Assembly (NCBI GenBank): GCA_965222115.1
Contig: CBDCTJ010000007.1
Span: 2,688,001 to 2,752,000 of the forward strand
Direction of reading: 5' to 3'
DNA: 64,000 nucleotides
Source: Planctomycetota bacterium
GTDB taxonomy: Bacteria > Planctomycetota > PLA2 > JAEUHO01
The position numbers and the translations under genes are program-made. Position 1 is the first letter of the stretch. Every line of letters begins with the position of its first letter. The notes under the pieces were generated by a model. That model was given only the letters and a program-made list of their open reading frames with translations. It had not been told where the DNA came from and made no database searches. This document shows positions 1 through 9,408 of this stretch, one piece after another.

Positions 1-2342
1 ATGTTTAGGGTGACGGGCTCTTCGCCGCGTGCGGCGGTCACGTGAATATTGTTCTTTGGGAAGGCGATCTTTGTGGCGGGATCACCGAGCAAGATAAACA
101 TCTCAGACGCTTCGCGCACCAGGCGGTCGGGGCTCACGCCGCCAACCATCATCTTGATGCCGAATCGAATCGCGGTAAGTCCGGGATCCGGCTTGGTGGG
201 GGCGATGCACTCATCAATCGCATTGCGAATGACATCGCCCAGCCGCATGTTACCACCATCGCCGTGGAGGTAGCGGGTCATAGCGCGCGCAATGAGCGTA
301 TTGGCCGCTGGGTGGCAGATGCGCGTTGCACCCCAAAAGGCAATCGGCCCCTGCGGGCGTTTCATGAGCGCCTCGCCGATACCGTCCCCGCGCTTCTGCT
401 TTCGATCAAACTGCGCCGTTGTGCAGGCCAGCACCAATACGATGGGCTTTGTTCCCTTTACGTCAATCTGGGGTGCATGGCGGACGGTGAGAATGGGGAA
501 GCGCCTTCCTCCCGCTTGAAGTTCATCAAAGCCCTCCGCAAAGCCGTGCCCAACGTAGGTATAGAACAGCGCTCCGTCGTTGACGCCCTTGATGACCTTT
601 GCGTTGAACTCGGGCGGCGGCCAAAGAAACGGCGAACGCGCGCTCGCGAAGGTAACTTCGATGTCGTAGGCAGGCGGAATGCCATCGGCAACGACTTTGC
701 GAAATGCGCTCTCCAGTAGCGTATCGACAATGGGGCCAAAGCGCCCTTCCGATGTGATGAATCGCATCATGCGCCGAGAAGCGTGCTTCGGCGGCGCGTT
801 TTCATACTTAATCAGGCGATCGACAAATGCTTGTACATCCTTCGGCTCGCGAAACGGCAACCGACCCAAGGCGGGGCCCCCCGTGTGAACCACGCCACCC
901 ACAGGACGTGTGTAGAGCCGATCTGAAGCAGTAGCGCCGTTGTACATCGTGCGGGCCATCGGTGTGGGGATGGTCCATGTCTTGGTAAAATCGGTGCGGT
1001 CATAGACTGCATCGCCGACAAGCAGTACATATTTGAGCGGTACATCTTTACGCTGCATCAAATGCACAATGAAGGCGCGGAGCGCTTCGGGTGTGTGCTC
1101 GCCATAGCCGAATCGGCTGTAGATCTCCGCGATGGACACGACGGTTGAGGGCGTACCCGTTTTCCCGCGATGATCCACAAGCGGCTTTACCGCGTCCAAG
1201 AGTTCGGGCACAGCAACGATGACGTGTTGTGTGCCCGAGGGAACCAGGAACTGATCTTCGGGTGCGAGTGTTCGTTTTGTCGGCGTCACTTCCGTTGCGT
1301 TTGTTGCCGCATACAGCACCGCATCGCTGGGAACATCAGGTATCAGATACGCGCCGTCCCGGGATCGCCAACGTGCAGGCATCGGGTAGGTGGACCCACG
1401 GCTGAGTACGAACGCAATGCCCTTGTCGGGTGCAGGCACCCGATCGCCGGAGGCAACGGGCACACGCGCGAAGGGCTCGTAGGTAAGTTGCTCCTCAACG
1501 GCCCCCATGGGTCCCACCAAATGAAACCCATCGATCCAAATCGAACCGTAACCAGCGGACATGTCATTTCGCGCGCGCGGAGGAAGCGATTTCGTCACGT
1601 CTCGAAGACGAATCGATTCGCGCATGTTGGGAATGGCCTTCGCGGGGACCTTCCACTCGAGGACGGCACCCCCCGACGCGCGCTGCGTTGTTGCAACACC
1701 GAGGTCCACATTGTTCCACGCCGCTTTAAGACTCACGGGGCCCGTGTGGGTTGCATACACATGTGCGCGCAAGATCTGTTCCTTGCCCCGTGCGGCGCCC
1801 ATGCCACCGAGCAACATGGAGCCCTCGCCAAGTGATTCCAGGCCCATCGCAAACCACACGGGACGATTGCCCGCATACACGGTTGGATCCGCCGAGGCAA
1901 GGGCGCCTAAGTAGTGGTCCGGTGCGTGAACGCGACGAAGAATTCGGGATTCGTTTCCGGTTGCAGGAACCGGATTTGGCTCCTCGGCCGTCCGATCCAC
2001 ATAGGAGGTGTGTTCGATTCGATACGTAGCTACACGACTGTGGGGTCCAGACGTAGACAGCGCCAAAAACACCAATTCGCCGTCCGCCAATATGCTCGGT
2101 ACGGGCACACCGCGCCGCGTGACGACAAGGTCCGATGGCTTCCCAGCGTCCAATGCACTCAACGCCTTGGTGGACACACGGTAAAACCCGTCAGTTGCCA
2201 CACGGATTTCGCCCACATTCCGAGTTTGCTGCTTGGCCACCTCTTTCGCTTCGCCACGCTGGGGTGTCCACACCACCGTGCCGATCGCTGCGACGAGCAA
2301 GAGAGACACGGGGAGCTCGAAGCGGGTACGGAGAAATCGCAT
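1..2342 (-). CDS. Peptidase C25 (gingipain-like) secreted cysteine protease, runs off left edge
   Basis: Not in ORF track because there is no stop in the window. Partial manual translation gives signal-like MRFLRTRFELPVSLLLVAAIG, RVATDGFYRV, EIYSRFGYG, YVLLVGDA, LGRLP..IKYE, YVGHG, LACTTAQFD, GPIAFWGATR and ILLGDPA, all in one frame. AGGA SD before ATG 2342. Confidence 0.85.
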   Translation of the reverse strand, partial: MRFLRTRFELPVSLLLVAAIGTVVWTPQRGEAKEVAKQQTRNVGEIRVATDGFYRVSTKALSALDAGKPSDLVVTRRGVPVPSILADGELVFLALSTSGPHSRVATYRIEHTSYVDRTAEEPNPVPATGNESRILRRVHAPDHYLGALASADPTVYAGNRPVWFAMGLESLGEGSMLLGGMGAARGKEQILRAHVYATHTGPVSLKAAWNNVDLGVATTQRASGGAVLEWKVPAKAIPNMRESIRLRDVTKSLPPRARNDMSAGYGSIWIDGFHLVGPMGAVEEQLTYEPFARVPVASGDRVPAPDKGIAFVLSRGSTYPMPARWRSRDGAYLIPDVPSDAVLYAATNATEVTPTKRTLAPEDQFLVPSGTQHVIVAVPELLDAVKPLVDHRGKTGTPSTVVSIAEIYSRFGYGEHTPEALRAFIVHLMQRKDVPLKYVLLVGDAVYDRTDFTKTWTIPTPMARTMYNGATASDRLYTRPVGGVVHTGGPALGRLPFREPKDVQAFVDRLIKYENAPPKHASRRMMRFITSEGRFGPIVDTLLESAFRKVVADGIPPAYDIEVTFASARSPFLWPPPEFNAKVIKGVNDGALFYTYVGHGFAEGFDELQAGGRRFPILTVRHAPQIDVKGTKPIVLVLACTTAQFDRKQKRGDGIGEALMKRPQGPIAFWGATRICHPAANTLIARAMTRYLHGDGGNMRLGDVIRNAIDECIAPTKPDPGLTAIRFGIKMMVGGVSPDRLVREASEMFILLGDPATKIAFPKNNIHVTAARGEEPVTLN

Positions 2343-2425
2343 CGGCGTATCCTACGGGCCCGGCAGGCACATGATTCACCGTGGCAATTGCGAGCCGAGA
2401 GTGTTGGTCGTTCTAGGCTAGCCAC

Positions 2426-2608
2426 ATGTACTACGTTGGCCGCGCATTGCAGTTCTTCGGACTGATTCTCGTACCGTTCGCGCTGTACTACGGCCTCAAG
2501 GGCGGTGCGGCAAGGGGAGTGGCCCAGCGTGAACTCATGATGTTGGCAGCCGGGGCGCTCGCCTTCTGGCTCGGACGAGGGATCGAGGGGAAGTACGGCG
2601 GGTCGTGA
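2426..2608 (+). CDS. small 2-TM membrane protein
   Basis: 60 aa with two hydrophobic helices; fills an intergenic gap. Confidence 0.6.
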   Translation: MYYVGRALQFFGLILVPFALYYGLKGGAARGVAQRELMMLAAGALAFWLGRGIEGKYGGS

Positions 2609-2618
2609 ATCAACGCGA

Positions 2619-3098
2619 CTAGCTGGCCGCGGCGGCTTCCTGTTCCTTCTTGAGGCGGATGATTTCTTCGGCCTCTTCGCTGGTGCGCGGGTGGAGCTGG
2701 ATCGCTTCCTTGATGCACACCGTGGTGCAGAGCATGTCGCAGCCCTTGCAGGCGTCGGGATCTACATGGGCGACGTTGAAGAAGCCATCGTCCACTTTCA
2801 CGTAGTTGATGGCGTCGTAGGGACATACGTCGAAGCAGAAATCGCACGCCGTGCATCGATCCGTGTTGACAATGGCGAGACGCTCTTTGTCCTGGCGGCG
2901 CTTGAAACGTGTGGCCACGTCGCCATTGAAATCGAGAATGGCTTCCGGCGGGCACACGTAGCCGCACAGGCCGCAATCCACGCAGATATCGGGGTGAATC
3001 ACGTGCATTTCACCGCGCACGCCCGAGATGGCGGTCACGGGGCAGGCCTTTTCGCAGGCCGTACATCCGATGCAGGTGTCGATGATCTCGTATGCCAT
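2619..3098 (-). CDS. polyferredoxin, four [4Fe-4S] motifs
   Basis: CIGCTACEKACP, CVDCGLCGYVCP, CTACDFCFDVCP, CKGCDMLCTTVC. Confidence 0.92.
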   Translation of the reverse strand: MAYEIIDTCIGCTACEKACPVTAISGVRGEMHVIHPDICVDCGLCGYVCPPEAILDFNGDVATRFKRRQDKERLAIVNTDRCTACDFCFDVCPYDAINYVKVDDGFFNVAHVDPDACKGCDMLCTTVCIKEAIQLHPRTSEEAEEIIRLKKEQEAAAAS

Positions 3099-3234
3099 GG
3101 AGTGGCGGTCTCACAGGGGGGCGGTGTTGAGGCCGTGAGCATACCGGGAGGAGGCAATCTCTGCACGATTCCCGCCCTTGGCCAGACGGCGGGTCCATCT
3201 GGGCATAATCTCTTGAAGACCGTAGGAGCCCGCC

Positions 3235-3714
3235 ATGAGTGCATCGTCCCGCCTGATTATCGCCCTGATACTCCGCATCCTGCTACTGCTATTTGCGGGC
3301 TGGTTCGCCTTCGCGCCCGATGCCCTACCGGAAGGGGTCTCGATCGTCTCTCGTATTGGGCTCGCCACGGCCTTCTTGGTGCTCATGATGCTGATCGGCG
3401 AGGTCGGAACCATGCGTATGCACATGGGCATGCTCGTAAGTGCGCTGCGGGCCGGTGGCACACCCGGCGCGTCGGCCGCGGCCGTTGCAGCGACCGCGAA
3501 TGCCATGGGTGTGGGCGCCAGTGGCGGGACGCGCAATGACGCCGCCTCAGTAGACATTCTGATCCAGGCCCTCAAGACCAACGACGCCGACGTTCGCGCA
3601 AAGGCCCACGCCCACCTCACGCGCCTCACCGGCCAGACGATGCCCGACGACGTAGCGACCTGGCAAAAGTGGTGGGACGACAATCGAGATACGTTTCAAG
3701 CCAAGCAATCATGA
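3235..3714 (+). CDS. membrane protein with C-terminal HEAT-like repeat
   Basis: AGGAG SD; two TM segments; LIQALK..DADVRAKAHAHLTRLTG..WQKWW. Confidence 0.75.
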   Translation: MSASSRLIIALILRILLLLFAGWFAFAPDALPEGVSIVSRIGLATAFLVLMMLIGEVGTMRMHMGMLVSALRAGGTPGASAAAVAATANAMGVGASGGTRNDAASVDILIQALKTNDADVRAKAHAHLTRLTGQTMPDDVATWQKWWDDNRDTFQAKQS

Positions 3715-4289
3715 GTCTCGTAAAGTCCTACGACGGATTCGAAACCAAACGTCTGAGATTGCGCGAGCCGCAGCTTGGCGATGCCCCCGTCATGTTTCGC
3801 AGATGGACGTCGGATCCACAAGTGGCGCGCTACGTTACGTATGAAACGCACCGCGAGATCTCAGAAACGGAAGACTACCTCGAGCGCTGCAGAACATTTT
3901 GGAGCGACCCCACGAGCCCGCACGCACAATTCATCCTTGTCCGCAAAGTGGAACAGGATGCTGTTGGCTTTATGGACCTCAGTCACAAGCGATCCTGCAT
4001 TGGGCTCGGCTACGTATTGGCGCGGGACGTGTGGGGGCAGGGTCTCATGACAGAGTTGATTGACACACTTTCGTCAGATTTGCTCGGACGCAAAGCGATC
4101 TACCGCGTGGATGCTACCGTCGATGTGGAAAACATTGCTTCGGCCCGCGTGCTAGAGAAAGCGGGGTTTCAACGCGAAGCTGTGCTTCGAAAGTACGGCA
4201 TGTGTCCCACCATTGGCCCCGAACCACGAGACTTGTGGATGTATGCGCGGGTGAAAGCACGATCGACGGGCGAAAGCGTTACGGTATGA
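3711..4289 (+). CDS. GNAT (RimJ/RimL-type) acetyltransferase
   Basis: ETKRLRLR, LGYVLARDVWGQGLMTE, ENIASARVLEKAGFQRE; ATGA overlap with upstream gene. Confidence 0.9.
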   Translation: MSLVKSYDGFETKRLRLREPQLGDAPVMFRRWTSDPQVARYVTYETHREISETEDYLERCRTFWSDPTSPHAQFILVRKVEQDAVGFMDLSHKRSCIGLGYVLARDVWGQGLMTELIDTLSSDLLGRKAIYRVDATVDVENIASARVLEKAGFQREAVLRKYGMCPTIGPEPRDLWMYARVKARSTGESVTV

Positions 4290-4855
4290 GGCATTTCGAG
4301 GGGTTCGAGACCAACCGAACACGACTTCGCCGACCGGCGATTGAAGACGCCTCAGCTATCTACGAAGGTTGGACGTCGGATTCTGTCGTCACCAAGTATC
4401 TGACATGGAAACCCCACACGGCGCTTCGGGACAGCGAAGGGTTTCTGCAACACTGCCTAGAGCTCTGGGAATCAGCGAAGGCGACGCGCAGTCCGTACAT
4501 GATTGTTGCGCACGAAGACGATCGAGTCTTGGGTATGGTGGACATCCGACTGGCTCCCCGTCGGATTGCATTTGGCTATGTACTCGCGCGGCGGGAGTGG
4601 GGAAAGGGCATTATGACCGAGGTCGTTGGTGCCGTGGCCGATGCGGCGCTTGCACTAGACGACACTGTACAAAACGACACTGTACTAGGCGAAATTGTCC
4701 GCGTCGAAGCAACGACGAGCATCAAGAATATACCGTCTCAGCGTGTATTAGAACGGGCAGGGTTCGAGAGGGAGGGAATATTACGGTGTTATATGCACCA
4801 CCCGAACATTAGCGACGAGCCGTCGGATGTGTACATGTATTCGCGGGTGGAATAG
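4286..4855 (+). CDS. GNAT (RimJ/RimL-type) acetyltransferase, tandem paralog
   Basis: FGYVLARREWGKGIMTE, NIPSQRVLERAGFEREG; ATGA overlap. Confidence 0.9.
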   Translation: MRHFEGFETNRTRLRRPAIEDASAIYEGWTSDSVVTKYLTWKPHTALRDSEGFLQHCLELWESAKATRSPYMIVAHEDDRVLGMVDIRLAPRRIAFGYVLARREWGKGIMTEVVGAVADAALALDDTVQNDTVLGEIVRVEATTSIKNIPSQRVLERAGFEREGILRCYMHHPNISDEPSDVYMYSRVE

Positions 4856-4888
4856 CTTGTTTAAGATCAGGGTGGGCGCGATGCGTAT

Positions 4889-4968
4889 GCCGTCACCCGA
4901 TACCCGTCAGCCGACACCCGGACTCCACTGTGAGCATCCGAAGATCGATTCGCATCGAACGGTGGACG
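4889..4968 (+). repeat. solo composite repeat copy E (degenerate)
   Basis: gccgtca-cccgata-cccgtca-gccgaca-cccggactccactgtgagcatccg..gattcgc..gtggac; matches the copies at 42720, 43422 and 44129. Confidence 0.8.
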
Positions 4969-4995
4969 GAACTAGCTAGGCGAAGCGGTTGTTAT

Positions 4996-5817
4996 CTACC
5001 ACCGCCAATCACTCGCCGTAGGCAGAATGACAAACAACAGGAACGTTGCTAGTAGCGTGGCAATGCGCACACCGGCTTGAACTTCACCCGAGGGTTGCAC
5101 AAGGCCGCGAACCGGTAGGGGGAGCGCTTCTTCACCGCGGTTGTCCGAGCGCATGATGGACAGGCGCATTAGCAAATCGAACACGGAAATGCCCGCGACG
5201 AGAAACACGGCGATGCCGGTCTTGCCCATGAGTGCGCCCAATGCGAGAACCAGCAGTCGCTCGGCCCACGACCAAAGTGTTGGCCCTTCCGGCAAGCGTC
5301 CTTCGGTCGCATCCAATGCACGTGTAAGCGCAAGAAGCAGGACGGCGCCAAGGGCGATCAACAAAATGAGCGTGCGAAACGAAGAGCCGTCACTTGCGGC
5401 GTCCAAGATCATGCCGCCGATCAATGCGAGCGGAACCCCCTCACTCAAGAGTGAAACGAACGCGTCCTTACGTGTCTGATCGATTTTCATTTGTGCGCCG
5501 CGTCGTCGGCTCTCGGGTCGTGAAAACCACGCCAGCACAATCGCGGGAATCGCCAGCAGTGCGCCCACACCGGGATGCGCGAGGGCGAAGCAAGCACTTG
5601 ACAAGCCAGCAATGATGAGAGCTACCAGTACGAGGCGAATCGACGACCAGCCTCGCTTGGCTAGCCATCCCGATGCGTCTCGATGGATTCGCCGAAGCCA
5701 CGACAACTCCGGCGCGCCTACGGGTGCACCTGCAGGCGTAGGCGTCGTTGTCGGCGCTTGCTCTGGAGAGGGTGGAGACGTCTCGGAAACGCTGGGAGAT
5801 TCGTCGGGGTCAGTCAT
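4996..5817 (-). CDS. multi-TM protein resembling a degenerate CDP-alcohol phosphatidyltransferase
   Basis: WLAKRGWS..LVLVAL and ERLLVLALG segments; about 7 TM; the catalytic DxxDG motif is absent. Confidence 0.55.
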   Translation of the reverse strand: MTDPDESPSVSETSPPSPEQAPTTTPTPAGAPVGAPELSWLRRIHRDASGWLAKRGWSSIRLVLVALIIAGLSSACFALAHPGVGALLAIPAIVLAWFSRPESRRRGAQMKIDQTRKDAFVSLLSEGVPLALIGGMILDAASDGSSFRTLILLIALGAVLLLALTRALDATEGRLPEGPTLWSWAERLLVLALGALMGKTGIAVFLVAGISVFDLLMRLSIMRSDNRGEEALPLPVRGLVQPSGEVQAGVRIATLLATFLLFVILPTASDWRW

Positions 5818-5861
5818 GGGTCCGGCAAGATAGCAGGCGCAATCCAGCAAGGAGGCAGACC

Positions 5862-7037
5862 GTGCAACCATGGCCCATCGCAACGCGTCTACAACGCATG
5901 GGAACCGAGGCGGCGTTTCGCGTGTTTGCACGTGCGAAGGCTCTGGAGGCCGGTGGGCGAGACATTGTCCACCTGGAGATGGGACAACCCGATTTTCCGA
6001 CGCCTGGCTTCATTACCGAAGCCGCGATTGCCGCGCTTAAGGATGGACACACGGGCTATGCGCCCGCGGCTGGGCTCCCTGCACTAAGAGAAGCGATTGC
6101 CTCGTATGTCTCTACGACCCGTTCGATTGAAGTGGGGGCAGATGAAGTCGTTGTGTTTCCCGGTGGGAAACCGGTGATTTTCGCAACCTACATGGCGCTA
6201 CTGGAGCCCGGCGACGAAGTCATTTATCCGGATCCCGGTTTTCCAATCTTCGAGTCGATGGCCGACGCGTTGGGGGCCGTGAAACGCCCATGGCATCCAG
6301 GGTCGGGTTCGACGCGTCGACCCAATTTGGATCAGCTCGCCGAGCTCATGGGGCCCAAGACAAAGTTATTGGTGCTCAACAGTCCCGGCAATCCAACGGG
6401 CATTGTTCATTCGCACGAAGAGCTGCATGCCATTGCGGCGCTCGCGATCGAGCACGACGTTCAAGTGCTCAGTGATGAAATCTACTCGCGCATAATCTTT
6501 GGCAAACAGCACCACAGCATTGCGGCCATCGACGGCATGCGCCAGCGCACCATTATTCTCGATGGCTTTAGCAAGACGTGGAGCATGACGGGCTGGCGAC
6601 TGGGCTACAGCGTTTCGCCAGTGCCCATGGCAGAAACGTTCGCCAAACTTATGACCAACGATGCGTCGTGCGCCGTGAACTTTGCCCAACACGGCGCGTT
6701 GGCCGCGTTGCGTGGCCCCACATCCGATGTGGAGCGCATGGTGAGTGCGTTCGCGTCGCGCGCCCGTGTGCTTTCGGGTGGATTGAACGACCTTCCCGGC
6801 GTCACATGCGACATGCCCGGGGGTTCGTTCTTTGCCTTTGCGGACGTGTCCGGTACCGGCATCGATGCCACGCGGTTGGCGGGTCGATTCCTGGAAGAAG
6901 GTGGCGTCGCGTGCGTCGAAGGACCGTCCTTTGGCGGTAATGGCGAAAGCCATATTCGCTTCTCGTTCGCCGCCGACGAGGCACGGATTCGCGAAGCCGT
7001 TGCACGTATGCGCCGCGTACTTGAGTCGCCGTCGTAG
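5862..7037 (+). CDS. PLP-dependent aminotransferase class I/II (aspartate aminotransferase-like)
   Basis: GGAGG SD plus GTG; GQPDF, NSPGNPTG, SDEIY, GFSKTWSMTGWRLG. Confidence 0.93.
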   Translation: MQPWPIATRLQRMGTEAAFRVFARAKALEAGGRDIVHLEMGQPDFPTPGFITEAAIAALKDGHTGYAPAAGLPALREAIASYVSTTRSIEVGADEVVVFPGGKPVIFATYMALLEPGDEVIYPDPGFPIFESMADALGAVKRPWHPGSGSTRRPNLDQLAELMGPKTKLLVLNSPGNPTGIVHSHEELHAIAALAIEHDVQVLSDEIYSRIIFGKQHHSIAAIDGMRQRTIILDGFSKTWSMTGWRLGYSVSPVPMAETFAKLMTNDASCAVNFAQHGALAALRGPTSDVERMVSAFASRARVLSGGLNDLPGVTCDMPGGSFFAFADVSGTGIDATRLAGRFLEEGGVACVEGPSFGGNGESHIRFSFAADEARIREAVARMRRVLESPS

Positions 7038-7136
7038 AACGCGCGTGTTCTCCGAGTCAGTCGTCGCGGGAGGCTCGCGGCCCACTACCATGGTGCCCAC
7101 AGCACGTCGCCCCATCGCGATCTTGAAGGAGTTCCC

Positions 7137-9347
7137 ATGTCGATGTCATTGTCTCAAAACATGCTGTCCCACCCAATTTTGAAGCTCGCGTGCCTTCCCG
7201 TGGCGCTTGTCGTGCTCACGCTCACTCTTCGTACCGGTCATGCTGAGGAGAAAGCTCCTTGGCGTCTCGAAGCTCGCATTCCCGGCACCACGCTCGCCTA
7301 CTTGGGCGTCAATGACATTGGCTCACTGTCGGAGAAACTGGGGAACACGTCGTTCGGCAGAATGATGCAAGAACCGGAGATGCAGGAGTTCCTGAAACCC
7401 CTGACGGATTTCGCGCAGTCGATGATGGACGACGCGGCGAGTGCCGCGCCGGGGCAAGGCGGACCGGTGCCTCCCATGCTCATGGATTTCTTCAAGCAGC
7501 TTCAAGGGCTCAAGGGTCAACTCGGAATTGCCCTGCTTGACTTGTCACAGGAAACGGGCACGCCGTCCCTCGTTGCAAGTCTCGATTTCGGCGGCAACGT
7601 CGGGGATTTCGTAACGTTTCTCAACCGCGTTCGGGGTGAAGTGGATCCGGGCGGTGAACACATCAAGAGCACCGAGCGTGACGGCCGTACATGGTGGACG
7701 CTTGATGGTGGCGATGTGCCCATCGTCGCCACCACGTTTGGATCCGCATTCGTGATCGGAACCGATGAGGCCACCGTGACCCAGACGATCGCGTCGCCGG
7801 GCGCTGAGTCACTCGCGTCGTCAGCCGCCTACACCAAGACGTTGGCGCGTATGGGTGGCCATTCGCAGTCGTTGATGCTCTACGGAAACGTCGCTGAAGT
7901 GATGGGTCGCTTCGGTTCGCAAATGGGCAAGCAGGCCGGCGGCATGATGAAGCTCTTGGGCGTTGACACAATTCACGCAGCAGCCTATGGCATGGCGTTC
8001 GTGGAAGAGGGCTTCCGCGACTCCGTGGTGGTGTATGCGCCCAATCCCACGCATGGCATCTTTTCGTTGATTCGTGGTCGCCCCTACGCGGGCGAAGCCG
8101 CCCCATTCGTTCCCAAGGACGCGGTCTATTACTCCGAAGGCGCGTTTGATGTCGAAGGACTGATGTCCAACATTCGCAAGTTCGCTGCAGAGATCGATCC
8201 CGGCGCGGAACAAGAGTTCTCCCAAGCACTCGATCATCTGCGTCAGGCGTTAGGTGTTGATGTCGAGAAGGACGTCATCAATCAATTGGACGGCAGCATG
8301 GCGTCGTACCTGTCGATGCCAATGACGGGAGGGCTATTTCCTGAATTCGTCTTTATGCTGAAGATGAAAGATGCCGCGGTGGCCCAACAAAATATGGAGC
8401 GGCTGGCAAATGGCATCGCGGGCATGGTGAATGAGAGTGGCGAAGCGATTTGCAGCGTAGAGTCACGTACCTATCACGACAAGCCCATGAATCTGTTCCA
8501 TCTCCAGGCAGCACGAGGGCGAGACGTACTCCCGTTCACGCCCACATGGAGCTTCATGGGCGACTGGATGATGGTGAGTCTCGTTCCGCACACTATGAAA
8601 GAATTGATTCTGCGCAGCAGAGAGACGGGCGAAAGCATCACAGCGAGTCCGGATTTTCAAAGTCTACTCAAGCACAAGCCCGATCACGCATCGTTCGTGA
8701 CCTACTACGATACGGCGTCCATTATGGGACTCATCTACGACACGGCCGTCCCGTTGTTGCAAACAGCGGTGAAGCCCAACATGATGCCGCGCGAGATGCC
8801 ACCGCTCGATTTCAGCAAGCTCCCTGCGGCACGCACGATGAAGCCCTACATGCACAGCATGGCGGCCTTCACCACCATGGACGATGAGGGACTTGCCGTA
8901 TCCGTGCAGGGACCCATGCCCATGATCATGGGCCAGATGGTGTTTATGGCCGGGCTTGGTGCAGCAACGTTCGCGGTGCGTAGTAGATCTTGGCAAAGTC
9001 GCGAACGAGACGTAATGAACGATGTGACCGAAGAAGAGATAGACCGTGTCGCGAAGTCCATGCACGATGGCAACACATTTATGCGAGCGATCAAGGCGTT
9101 TACGAAGCTGCACGGACGCCTACCGAAGTCGCTTTCGGAGCTAACACAAGCGTCGCAAGGTCAGAAGCCAATACTTCGCTACATACCGAGAGACTATTGG
9201 AATCGATCCTATGTGTATCGCCTAAAAGACGGTTCCTACGACATTTATTCCATGGGCCAAGACGGTATTGAGGGCACCAAGGACGACGATCATGTCGCGC
9301 CCATGGGAACGATAGGGCTCGCTCGCGACAAGGATTCGGGGAAGTAG
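7137..9347 (+). CDS. large exported DUF3352-like protein with C-terminal GspG/pilin-like head
   Basis: signal peptide; hydrophobic segment then GRLPKSLSEL..IPRDYWNRSYVY..SMGQDGIEGTKDD. Confidence 0.7.
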   Translation: MSMSLSQNMLSHPILKLACLPVALVVLTLTLRTGHAEEKAPWRLEARIPGTTLAYLGVNDIGSLSEKLGNTSFGRMMQEPEMQEFLKPLTDFAQSMMDDAASAAPGQGGPVPPMLMDFFKQLQGLKGQLGIALLDLSQETGTPSLVASLDFGGNVGDFVTFLNRVRGEVDPGGEHIKSTERDGRTWWTLDGGDVPIVATTFGSAFVIGTDEATVTQTIASPGAESLASSAAYTKTLARMGGHSQSLMLYGNVAEVMGRFGSQMGKQAGGMMKLLGVDTIHAAAYGMAFVEEGFRDSVVVYAPNPTHGIFSLIRGRPYAGEAAPFVPKDAVYYSEGAFDVEGLMSNIRKFAAEIDPGAEQEFSQALDHLRQALGVDVEKDVINQLDGSMASYLSMPMTGGLFPEFVFMLKMKDAAVAQQNMERLANGIAGMVNESGEAICSVESRTYHDKPMNLFHLQAARGRDVLPFTPTWSFMGDWMMVSLVPHTMKELILRSRETGESITASPDFQSLLKHKPDHASFVTYYDTASIMGLIYDTAVPLLQTAVKPNMMPREMPPLDFSKLPAARTMKPYMHSMAAFTTMDDEGLAVSVQGPMPMIMGQMVFMAGLGAATFAVRSRSWQSRERDVMNDVTEEEIDRVAKSMHDGNTFMRAIKAFTKLHGRLPKSLSELTQASQGQKPILRYIPRDYWNRSYVYRLKDGSYDIYSMGQDGIEGTKDDDHVAPMGTIGLARDKDSGK

Positions 9348-9408
9348 AACCGCCCCACTGGGCGCACCGTCTCGTGCGATAACACGCGCGAAGGTGGGGG
9401 GCAAGATC

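Noticed and set aside
42-2465. Plus-strand ORFs 42-719, 1170-1835 and 1914-2465
   Set aside because: Antisense shadows of the C25 peptidase on the minus strand.
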